This document shows, piece by piece, positions 26,491 to 37,764 of a stretch of 64,000 nt of DNA (positions within the stretch are counted from its first letter, which is position 1; every line of letters begins with the position of its first letter). Source of the stretch: Haliotis rubra (taxonomy: Eukaryota). The notes under the pieces were generated by a model that searched no databases, was not told the origin of the DNA, and worked only from the letters and a program-made list of their open reading frames with translations. The position numbers were made by a program, and so were the translations under genes. The stretch spans positions 62,001-126,000 of the forward strand of contig NW_025765054.1 in the NCBI RefSeq assembly GCF_003918875.1, read 5' to 3'.

Positions 26491-27174
26491 TGTTACGGTT
26501 AATAATTGCCGTGCCAAAAGGTATAAGATTCCCCTTTGAACCAGCAAAATATAACACAGACAAGTCTAAAATATTCAATAATATATTGAGCAAACAATGA
26601 TCAAGCTACAATGAATGGCAATTCAGATATTTAGTACAATGCAATTGAGTCACAAATCTAAAGTAATGGGTCACAAATATAAAATATCAACTCACCACGA
26701 GCCTTGGTAATTACAGTGAGAGCAGATATTCTAAATGAAGCTTGTTTATAATGAGAGCAGTAGTCAGGCAGTCACTCTTGAATGTAGGTCAGCTAGACGA
26801 AGGCAGACATATGTAACGGTAGGCACAACTCCAGTGATATGAAAAGTCCCGTGTAATTCCGTGTGTTAGTCCCCGTGTGTGTCAACACAACAACCAGCCT
26901 TTATATATACATAAAGGTCTAGAACATTCTTTATCCACTGAAAACTTTATGGAAATCTGTGGAACCAACGACCGATCAAAAAATCAAATATAGCCAAGGG
27001 AGGCAACTCTGGAGCGCTATCATAAAGGCGTACCGCTAAAAATAATATTCCCATTGACCATATATGGTGCGAAATGTGACCCACACCCGCACTCAAAACT
27101 TTAAACATTGTGACCCATAAGAGCTATGACCTAACCAATGATTTTACAAATCACAAAAACACACTCTTGTAACA
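26491..27174. mobile_element. Solo-LTR-like insertion (684 bp) inside a SINE-like repeat
   Basis: Ends TGTTAC...GTAACA; splits the SINE consensus gtgatcaac|agcatg; imperfect 4-bp TSD acac/acag; TATATATAAAG on the minus strand ~26900-26910. Confidence 0.55.
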
Positions 27175-27692
27175 ACAGCATGGGCATCGATCTACGCAAC
27201 TGGGAACCGATGACATGTGTCAACCAAGTCAGCGAAACTGACCATCCGATCCCGTTAGTCGCCTCTTACGACAAGCATTGGTTATTGAAGATCAATTCTA
27301 ACCCGCATCTTACTAATCTAAGCTGCCAATAATAAAATATTTATCTATTTACAAACTATTCATCAAAATTTCAATTCTAGTTCAATGAAATGAAAATTAA
27401 CAGTACTAAAAAGATTCTTAACAGTTTTTACATTGAAATACTTATCCCTTGTGATGGAAAAATAATAAATATGAATTCGGTATCTGTAAACCAATACCTT
27501 AATTACAAATATACTTGTTTCCGGAATAGTCGCAATAGTCGAAGAACTACTGATCCTTTAGTACGATCGGAATCATGTGTTAAAATACCATAGTATCTAA
27601 ACAACACGTCGTTTCAATTTATGCAATTTATAACTACCTAGAAACACAGCATGTTAGAGGAGTTACATGAGTTTGGTTTGAAAGATAAGTTT

Positions 27693-27823
27693 TGGATGCC
27701 AATTTCTTCTTTATTGTATACACAACGTTTCTGGGTTGTTCCTTGCCCCTTCGTCAGGTGAATAAAGGGGCAAGGAAAAACCCGGAAACGTTGTGTATAC
27801 AATAAAGAAGAAGTTGACATCCA
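27693..27823. repeat. ~130-bp palindrome resembling an inverted Penelope-like pseudo-LTR, with a hammerhead-like core on the minus strand
   Basis: Arms ggatgccaatttcttctttattgtatacacaacgtttc...cccctt and aagggg...gaaacgttgtgtatacaataaagaagaagttgacatcc; minus strand 27760-27721 reads cac CTGACGA agggg..ccca GAAA cgtt gtg. Confidence 0.7.
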
Positions 27824-28217
27824 CAATATTTTGTTGAATACCAACTTCTATGCCATCTCAAGAACCTTATGAGAGGTAATTTGTTATCACAGGTTTTGAC
27901 AAGAGATTTCCATTCCGAGTAGGGTTAACCCTGTCTGATCATTACAACAGGATCAGGGTGTTCCACAAGGCAGCTCGTTGTCTGTCACATTATTTAGCAT
28001 TTAAATAAATAGTCTTTGACAGGTTTCAACTGATGGATCAATTTTCGTTGATGATTTAAATGTTTCTTATCCAGCATCGTGTGTGACGATCAATGTTCAT
28101 TACTGTCTTTATCGCTGCTCTTATATTGTATTAAATTTGAATCTTGTACTGCGTCTCTATTTCGTACTGCCATAGTGGTACCTTTGCTCTTTATTTGTGA
28201 ACTTTGTTTTAGAATAC

Positions 28218-28460
28218 ACCCGTGAAGGTCCGGGTTAGAATTCGTCTTCAGTAACCAATGCTTGTAAGAGGCGACTAACGGGATCGGGTGGTCAGGCTTG
28301 CTGACTTGGTTGACACATGTCATCGAACCCCACCGTGCAGATCGATGCTCATACTGTTGATCACTGGATTGTCTGGTCCAGACTCGATTATTTACAGACC
28401 TCCGCTATATAGCTGGAATATTGCTGAGTGCGGCGTAGAACTAAATTCACTTACTCACTC
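28218..28460 (+). mobile_element. ~240-bp SINE-like family A copy (structured non-tRNA head, I-clade-type tail)
   Basis: cccgtgaaggtccgggttagaatt...gaggcgactaacgggatcgggtggtcagg...gctggaatattgctgagtgcggcgta..actcactc. Further copies at ~26031-27310 (split), 31071-31300, 34727-34921, 36930-37176, 37545-37615, 41213-41459, 48157-48388, 52545-52700, 55196-55430, 59351-59595. Confidence 0.85.
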
Positions 28461-31400
28461 ATTTTAGAATAAGTTGTCAGTGAACTTTTACGTGTTGTTA
28501 GTTGGTTTCACCCCTAGTGCTTTTACGTTTTTTTTTCGACTTGGGACGCAACCCTAACGGAAAGAAAATGCCAGATAAAAGTGTGAGTAGATCATATACC
28601 GATTATACCAATACAGCCTTGCTAATCTCACACGGATGGTCCTTTGGTGACTAGCTTGTTCGAATAATTCCAATCAAGCCAAAAGACCTTGACATGGTCT
28701 AACACGAGTATTAACACATGCGTATTCGCGATACGGTTCAAGTTCATATCTCTCCTCCAAACACAATTTCATGGAAATTTTGGCTGACCTTCACTTTACC
28801 GTTCCACTTATGTTTGTCTACGATAAGAAACAGCAGCTGGTATGTATGTGTGTTGATAGGGTAGCTTAGATGTGCAAGTCACTGTGTCACTCTACAACGA
28901 TGAGCTGTATATACCTTCACGGTTTATCTCTGACAAACACATTCTTCAAAGCTTACATATTTCTGCCAAGTGCAAAATATAAATTCAAAATACCAGCACT
29001 GACAATTGTGTTTTTCCCGATCCTCCAAACGCCAAAGCAATAAATTATACCTCACCTGAATCACCTGCAGCTGAGTTTTGCGTGTGAGCTGAGTGTTTGA
29101 ACGCTTTGGACAGTGGTTTGATTATATAAATCGATTGTATTATACTGTAAATGTGAATAGGTCGGTTCCACTTTGAAGTCAGCTTTCCGTATGGAGATTT
29201 TGCGTCCGAAATAGATAGTCATATTCAGATAAAAACTAATATGTGTATGCCATAATCAACAATTTGTCAACGACTTAGTTTGTGCCCGCTTCCTGTGTTT
29301 TTATAAAAATATTTATTTTTATATGTATAATGGATATCATAGATTTCTGGAATGTGAAGCATATTCAGTGTTTTTGTCATTATCATGTAAATCTATTAAC
29401 GTAGCTTTAACCAATGTGTTTGTTATTCAGCTTCTAAATGTCACTTGGCAAAGTCCATTGTTAGACTTTTAACAGTCGACACTGCTTTCTTATGAAACGT
29501 GTTGTTTCTTTTTGATAACTATTGTGTTGACACAAACCTTCATACTTCTTCATCGATCTATATTGGGTGACGTAGTAGTCCACACAGCCAATATTAAGCG
29601 CTACCAAGTGCTGTTTCTACTGCCTTCTAGACACATGACGTTTGTGTGAGGCTTGTCACAGACTATGTATTGATACAAATATGTATTTGATTGACCATAC
29701 GCAAATGTTCTTTTAGATAGTTGCGATTAACGTGATTTAGTAACAAATGCAGAACTCGTACTTTTGTTTAGCTCACATTAATGTCATTTGGGAATATGTT
29801 TCATATTTCTATGATATTAACTTTATGTCAAACTTGAATGTGCCTCGATGTTGAAGAACTTAATTTGGCAAAGGTAATAAGTGACTGACACAACGATAGG
29901 CTCTATTGGAAGACTGACTTCCCGGAATTCTCATTCTTCCACTACACGAATATCAAAACTCATGTAGCTTTCAAAACTAGCGTTGGTTTTTCACAACTAT
30001 TGATTCCTCATCAAAGAGAGACGTATTGTCTTAGCACTATGTATTCATTTATCATGACGTATTTCTCTCGAGGTATTTTTTAATGGCAAGAAATCATAAT
30101 CACCTTATTAATTGATATCAATAAGGGAAGAACGATTTTGCGATTAAGCCTATTATAATATCAACGCTTGGATGTGTGAACAGGGGAACTAGATCGGAAT
30201 TAAGACGAAGTACGAGTCCAAACTTCTTTAGCTGGCTATACAATTCACGATAAACAAAGGCCTCAATGACCTGATTTTCCGGCTAAAACATTAATGAGAT
30301 GAGTGGATTTCCATCTCAACCTGCTCGTGATCGTCCTTTCAACAGCAGCTGGAATGCCGAACTGACTGACCGTATAGATGTTAACATGTGTATGCAGTTA
30401 AAGACAACAATGGGCAGAAGAAGAGACAATGGCATTGATGGCAACTTATTGGCAAACACGGCCTTGGGGGTGACCAAGTAAGGTTATAAACACAGATTAA
30501 TGAGACTGACTGACAAGTCAATATACAATGCAGTGGTGTTGAAGATTAAGAATGGAGATCTGTGACATAAAAAAACAATATGTATTTGCTATATAGTAGA
30601 TGGCTTTGGAATTAAATATGTATTGGGCAATGGCTCTCCTAAATCAGTCGATATGACAATAATACTTTAACAGTTCATACATGATTATTCAGCATAAACT
30701 AACTTTGTGTGACCTTGCAAACTAAGAATTTAGAATTAAAAAATGTTTCAAACGATTTCTGGAACCTCACAAATTCACTTAAATAGAACAAATGCATTTT
30801 CGGATTATATGGCGAAATGTTTCTGGGATACATTTTCATCCTTTTCTATATTTTCGTCTTAGGATATATGACTTTTTAAATACAAATTTAAGTAATATAA
30901 CTTCAAGCAACATTTATAAAAAGAAATCAGTCGAGGAGCACACACAAATTATATGTATAATACGCTTTATGAAACCTGTCTTAAATAAATGATGCAGTTT
31001 GGAATGAATCCGTTTACTTACAGTTCCTCGGTGGTCACTAACCAGTCAGCCGAGAGAACTGATGCAACAGTGAGTAAGTGCGTAGTTTTACGCCGCACTC
31101 AGCAATATTCCAGCTATATGGCGGCGGTCTGCAAATAATCGAGTCTGGACCAGACAATCCAGTGATCAAAAGCATGAGCATAGATCTGCGCAATTTGGAA
31201 CCGATGACATGTGCCAACCAAGCCAGCGAGCCTGACCACCGATCCCGTTAGTCGCCTCTTACCACAAGCATGGACTTCTGTAGATCAATATTCTAACCCA
31301 GACTGATGCAAGAGTATTCGTCCCTCGCTTTCTTCAGTACTAAAAGCTTATCGATTGAGTGAGTGAATGTTGCTTAACGCCGCATCAGCAATGTTGCAGC

Positions 31401-31596
31401 AATTCGCAGTGAAACAAGCGTGTCAAGCTCGATCTCAATTGTGCAGAAAAAATGTTCCTTATGCCATGGCTACACCTGCATGATTTCCTTTCATATCCGG
31501 TTAAAAAACACAAGTATCGGCACAAAATGTAAGTGGAACTTTGAAGCTTCGTCTCCCTAACAAAACAACAAAGAGATGATAAACTTCACACCAACC

Positions 31597-31650
31597 TTTA
31601 TTTAGTCAAATCAAGTTCTGTTATTTATATTTAGTCAAATCAAGTTCTGT
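31597..31650. repeat. ~28-bp direct tandem duplication in the 3' UTR of copy 4
   Basis: tttatatttagtcaaatcaagttctgt occurs twice in tandem. Confidence 0.8.
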
Positions 31651-31661
31651 AAGAATTGTTA

Positions 31662-34600
31662 TCATTTATTGTCAGATTGGACAAGTTTGGCAGTGACAAG
31701 GGCTACGGAAGTCACATGTCCGTTCCCGTCCTTGTTGGAGAAGTTAACTTGGACCGTGATAGAAGTGGAGTTCAGCAAGGTGGAAGCGACAACACACTCC
31801 CATACATCCATGTAGTTGAAGATTTTACTGTTATTTTTATCTGAGTCAAACAGCTTGTAAAAGAAGTTAATAGGTTCGTTGTTGAAGATAACAGATGACA
31901 GACTGTTTGTTTGATTCATTGGAAGACTTGTCGAGATTCGCAGTCTTGCGCTATAGAATTGCTCTTTTGGCAGTGGTACGGTTGTCATAGCGGTGCCGTT
32001 CGTGATGGGAATTATAATATCACTGCCGTAGTACGTAGTTTCATTGAATGTGACTTTAGGTAATTGATCTGAGGTCGTCTTAAATGTATAGCGACAGGTC
32101 GCTTCAGGTAGCAGTTTAACAGTTCCCCCAGTGTTACTGATGTCAAACGGTTCATTCAAAGTGATGACTGGATACCAGTCGTCCTTGATGGTGATGCAGG
32201 TAGCTTCGCCAGTGGTTGGTGTTATCCAATCGTCTTGAAAAATTAGCTTGACTGTCTGTGATTGTGTGGAATAGCTGTGTAAAAGAACGACGGTTTCGTT
32301 ACGCGAGGAACTTGACAGTACTAATGGTGACACAGTTCGTTCCTGTCCGTCACACTGGCTGGCAGTTCTGATGAAGGAATACTCTGACGTGAAGTTGTAC
32401 CAAAATGTGAAGACATCGGCAATCCGTGCGGCCTTTCCTTGGCGGGTGAAAAGTGACCAGTTAAACCCATCAGATCCGCGGTGTTGTTTAGAGGGTAAAA
32501 GAAACACCACCGTTCTGTCAATGTATTCTCTGAGACCAAGTTGGGTGAATCTGTGCGCATTTGCTTGGTATATTGTTGAAAAGTCTACAATGCCAGATGG
32601 AGCACTTTTGCTAATTCCTGATACTCCCCCGCGACCATATTCACTGATAATAAGAGGCATAATCCTTCCCGTCTTTTGATGGATATAGTTTTCAATCAGG
32701 TCGACAAATGCTACCAGACGTGCTTCATTTATGCCAGTAAACTGGTGGGACTTGCCCGTAACATTAAGGGAGTTGTAAGAATGAAACGAAAACACGTCTA
32801 AACGGTCTAGAGTGATGTCCATGAATGCTACCAGTTTTGTCCAGAACGAAAAGTCTTTCCTATCGACCACTGTATTATATCCTGTAATTGTCGGACCAAC
32901 AACTTTGATGTTAAACCTGGAATGGAGTTTATCGGCAACTGATTTGTGGAAGTTGGCGACAGTGTTGGTGAAATTCATGATGTCCCCTTTAACATCTGGT
33001 TCATTGACGACCTCGAAGTATGGCGGTATCTGACCGTTTGTGTAGTCATACACTCCTTGCACCATCAATGTTATAAACTCTGAAGCAGCATCGATGCTGT
33101 TGGGGAATTGACCCTTATGGTCGGACTGGTTCATCCAGGTCGGCCAGTTATGAGCTAAAATCAAAAAACAAAATGGAGCATGAGTGAGTGAGTGAGTTAA
33201 GATTTTAAGTCACATCGGCAATATAGAGGTATAGATTTATAATGATTAAAAATTAAATTATAAACACCTGTCAACAAGGACAATTAAACTACTAGATTAT
33301 CACGGATATATATTTAAAACTAGTAATTAAATCTAAAATTGTTTAATTATAGAGGACGATACAATATAAAAACGGACTATAGATCGCCAACAACTGAAGG
33401 TAGATCACCATACTAGGGACCATGGGGACTTACAGTACCTTTGCTACCTGCGTGGACCCTAGTTGGATTTACATCATCTCTTCAGCCGCTGGCGATTGTA
33501 AGAATGTCAGCCAAAATTCAAATAACAAGAATACTACGTTTAAAAAACCTGGTAAGTTTAAATTGACTTAGAATTGTTTTGGGACTTATACGTACCAAAA
33601 TGGAGCATGAACTATATATACCTTCCTATTAGAATGTACACATGTTTTTCAATTTTGGAGACAAGACTTCTCTTTGTCTTGAAGAAGATACAGGATGGTT
33701 ATCTTTTGTGGGAATATATTTAATTGCTTCTATTCACTTCAGTTGCCATCAAAGCAGCCTCAAGGGAATCAGTCTGCATAAACATGACACCAACAGGTAC
33801 GATACGAGTACACCTCAGCCAGTTTTCGACTACAGATTGCCAAAGGATCAGGATCGAAATTTAAAATCATTACATGTTATATTTCATTAACACGTCACCT
33901 CACATACGTCACCTCTTCACACAGCTGCAATACTGATGAGTGCAGCAACACAATATTACGGTTGCTTGTCTATCCAACGCCTTACCTCTTTGATTCAAAG
34001 AGGGTAGCCTAGTGGTTTAAGCGTTCGCTCGTCACCCCGAAGGCCCGTGTTCGATTCCCCACATGGGTACAATGTGTGAAGCCCAAATTCAGGTGTCCCC
34101 CGTCGTGATATTGCTGGAATATTGCTAAAAGCGGCTTAAAACTCTTCCAATTTGTTAAAACTTGTTTTCATATTATTATTGTGGAAGACATAGAAATATT
34201 AATTCCCTGAGTCATGTTAACAATCTAGTGGTAGCTCTAGTTTCTGAAATCTCTTACCTCTCGCCATCATGATCATATCATTCTCATAACCATGGTTAAT
34301 GTTAGCCAGGTACATAGAAAACATTTCCTGTTGCCTGCTGACGTTCTTCAGGTAGTTGGGATCTGGGTAGCCGCTGTGGTGTGCGTCCTCTGGCCACTAA
34401 AATAGACTTTCACACATGTACACATCTTGCAACCACTGTTAACTTTAGCAAGCTGTTGAATCCTGTTATTGTAGCCGCTATGGTGTACGTCGTCTTGACA
34501 CCAGAATCATTTAGCTATTTGCATAGTATCAGTTTATTGCTTCTTTGACAGATTTTGTCAGTGCGAAAATATGCAGCCACAATACCGTCCAGCTGTGGCT

Positions 34601-35488
34601 GTGTCCATTGTGACGGACAATTTTATTTTTGATATACATGTTGTAATTGATCACTTATTTACGACATTGTATGGTGTATAACAGGAAAAGTTCCATTAAA
34701 TAGTGGTTCACTTGTCCATGTTTAAACGTAAGAGGCGACTAACGGGATCGGGTGGTCAGGCTCGCTGACTTGGTTGACACATGTCATCGGTTTCCAACTG
34801 CGCAGATCGATGCTCATGCTGTTGATCACTGACTTGTCTGGTCCAGACTCGATTATTTACAGACCGCCGCCAGATAGCTGGAATTTGGCTGAGTGAGGCG
34901 TTAAACTAAAGTCACTCACTCCATGTTTAAACTATTCACAAAAAAGTATACATGGTGGCCTTCTCCATATCAGACTGGAGTAATTTCTGTGCACGTGTCT
35001 GTAGTTACACGACCAAGGGCCATCCAGTAATATGTGTCCGTTAAGTAAAGTATTAGATTGTGCCAATAACCGTAGCTTGGACATCATACTTTGACGTCAT
35101 AATCTTCTTAAAGCTATAACTAGACACTAATGTCTGTTACAATCAAGTTTCTTACACTTTTTAGAACAAATACATATAAATTACAAAGACCAAAAACACC
35201 CCACAACAACAAAGAAAAAAGAGAATACAACTGAATAGAAAATCTCACGTTTGGGAAGAGTCGATTGCCATAATCTGGGTGTATCCAACGCCCGCTGTCA
35301 GTCCCAAGGCTCCGACAGTTTGGAATAAGGGATTCCCGTTCCAGGCCATTATGCTTGTTCCACCTGTTACTCTCGTAACGAACACTACTTCCCTGTGCCA
35401 GCCACTGAGGGTAGATCGTTACAGTTGTGTCACTGTAAACACTGTATATTGTCAGGCACAGGGTGAGAAAGACCAGTGTTAAGTTCAT
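31662..35488 (-). CDS. GH86-like paralog copy 4, intact, 623 aa, secreted
   Basis: Exons 35488-35249, 34396-34258, 33154-31662 (1872 nt, GT-AG). Signal peptide MNLTLVFLTLCLTIYSVYS; VVNEP, FSFHSY and ISEYG intact. Confidence 0.9.
33182..33590 (-). mobile_element. I-clade/Nimb-like LINE 3' UTR fragment in intron 2 of copy 4
   Basis: gagtgagtgagt tail and tatagatcgccaacaactgaaggtagatcaccatactaggg core. Confidence 0.75.
34001..34143 (+). mobile_element. tRNA-derived SINE
   Basis: A box tagcctagtggt, B box gtgttcgattcccc, tail gctggaatattgctaaaagcggc; other copies 50110-50277 (+) and 47511-47632 (-). Confidence 0.8.
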
Positions 35489-35524
35489 TGTTGCAGGAAT
35501 GTTATGGACCCTCACAAAGAAATA

Positions 35525-35685
35525 TAGTGCATTTATGGTAAGGATTCGAGGAAATTATCTTTGACCTTGACGTTCTTGAGATGTTTGCACATGATAAGAA
35601 CATGAAATGTAGATCATGATATGAGAACATGCATGTAGGTGTGTTGATAGGATAGTCTTCAGGTAAGTGCATGTCACTCTTACTC
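35525..35685 (-). promoter_or_regulatory. Conserved upstream module of copy 4 (TCAAGGTCA, TGTTTGC, TGATAAG, tgtaggt, aagtgca)
   Basis: Colinear motif order shared with 42645-42775 (copy 5), 54565-54715 (copy 6) and 61835-61980 (copy 7). Confidence 0.55.
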
Positions 35686-37764
35686 AGCAAACAATACATA
35701 CTGGCCTTGTTTTCAAAATATATGCACTTTAAATATAATGATTTACAGTACGTGATGATGAGTCTTTTTCATTATGTTTCAAAGATCCGTGGGTTAGTTG
35801 AAAGACTTTTATTGTACAACGACGGAGTACGACCTTATAGACAATATATATCACAGGATTGTCTGGCCAGATTTGAACATTTAGAGATAGCAGTGATTTT
35901 GATGGACTCTTGCTGAGAGTGGCGTTAAATACCACAGATACAAAGCCTCCAACCTAATTCCAGTGAAGTGAAGATTATTATAAATGTCTCCATGTTACGG
36001 AGCAGAGACCCTATACTAGGTCGGTCATATCCATGATCCTGCAATACAGTATTTGGAAATAAACGAAAACACAAACACCATTTGATAATAAAAGTGTTTT
36101 AAAGGTAAGTCGTTTTCCGGGAGATATCTTGCAGACATCAGACATACTTCGTGACGTCTATCATAGATCTGAAAAGTTTTAGAATTACGAATCATTCATG
36201 AGTCCTACTAATATTACATTTTCTCCGTTCATCTATTCGAATGTTGTGTGAGGGCTTCTTCTATGGCTTGTTTGTTTGGCGCTTTGGTAAGCAGTTTTGC
36301 ATTTATCACACGTAAGTCTGTTCCCTGGTTTTGATCAGGCAACAAAAGTGACCTTTACAGTTAATCAAATTATGTAAAGCTTATGTTACTGTGTCCTGTT
36401 CTAACTTGGATCCAGATTGGATTGAACCGTAGTATTGGTGTTCTTTTAAATTTCGGCTAAAGTTTTCCTACAATCGCCAGCGGCTGAAGGGATGGTGTAA
36501 ATCCAACTAGGGTCCATGTAGGTAGCAAAGGCACTGTAAGTCCCCTTTGTCACTAGTATGGTGATATACCTTCAGTTGCTGGCGATCTATAGCCCGTTTT
36601 TATACTGTATTGTCCTAATTTGAATTCCAATTTTAGAGAGAAATGTTTTATTCCTTGATACTGTGATTTTCTAGTTGGTCTTACTGACCTTCGATCACAG
36701 GTTTATAATTTACTTGTACTTATGGTGAATTCTAAACTTGTTTTAGTCATGATATGGCTGAAATACTGCCGATGTCACTGTAAATCTTAACTCACTCACT
36801 CACTCACTCACCCAAGTGGGATTTAAGTCTAGAAGTATCAATACTGAATTATGGAAACATAAGTTCTTTTAACCTAGCAGAGTATCACAAAATATACCTT
36901 TGTCACTAGCCATTTTGCTTTGCATCGGGGACCCGTAAAGGCCCGGGTTAGAATTGGTCTTCAGTAACCCATGCTTGTCAAAAGAGGCGACTAACGGGAT
37001 TGGATGGTCAGGCTCGCCCACTTGGTTGACACATGTCATCGTATCCCAGCTGAATAGATTGATGTTCATGCTGTTGATCACTGAATTGTCTGGTCCAGAC
37101 TCGAGTATTACAGGCCGTCGCCATATAGCTCGACTGTTGCTGAGTGCTGCGTTAAACAATTAAGCAACCAACCAACTTTGTATCGGGTTTGATGGTAACT
37201 CCAATACCTTAGCTTACGATCGTTGTAGGGCTAAGGTCGTTTGCTGAACGTGGACATGGCCAGTTTCCTTGCTCGTTAAGGTATAAGAAAATCCTACTCT
37301 GACGAAGGATTCTCCTAATTCGACTTTTATGTAAACGGTAATTCTTCGTTGACAAGGACTTTCACAGCACGTATGGAATATAATTCTGGGATGTGTCTGG
37401 GATTGTGTTCAGTATTCTTAGTTTATGCCTGCTTTATGACAGTACAAACTCAATTCAAAGGGAAATGTACATCTGTGCACCTGAGCCCGAACACTATCTA
37501 CTAAATGATAGATGACTTTGATAGATGTTTGATCTTTGTGGTCATCCCGTTAGTCGCCTCTTACGACAAGGATGGGTTGCTGAAGACCAGTTCCAACCCG
37601 GATCTTAACGGGTCACCAATATTATGACTTCAAATCAGATGAGAAACGTTCGCTCTGACAAGGGCTATGATATGCAGGCTAATGCAGGCTGGTATAAGTG
37701 TAGCATTCAAACTCATTGAGACACATTGCCAAAATGTATTCAAAGATGTCAAATTTGAGGATTA

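Larger units (their letters stand above)
24380..28070 (+). mobile_element. Fragmented I-clade/Nimb-like LINE ORF2 (APE endonuclease and RT remnants) interrupted by nested insertions
   Basis: LNTNLQTVAVR (~24790), DDLYGSDHFP (~25033-25062), QDQGVPQGSSLSVTLFSI (~27948-28001), SIFVDD (~28037). Confidence 0.7.

Noticed and set aside
28500-31050. Hidden gene in the long spacer between copies 3 and 4
   Set aside because: Only short ORFs without recognisable motifs or consistent splice structure; nothing supportable by eye.
33990-34080. Genuine tRNA genes at 34001, 47580, 50110 and 51970
   Set aside because: The tRNA-like heads continue into shared SINE bodies and LINE-type tails, and the cloverleaves are imperfect.
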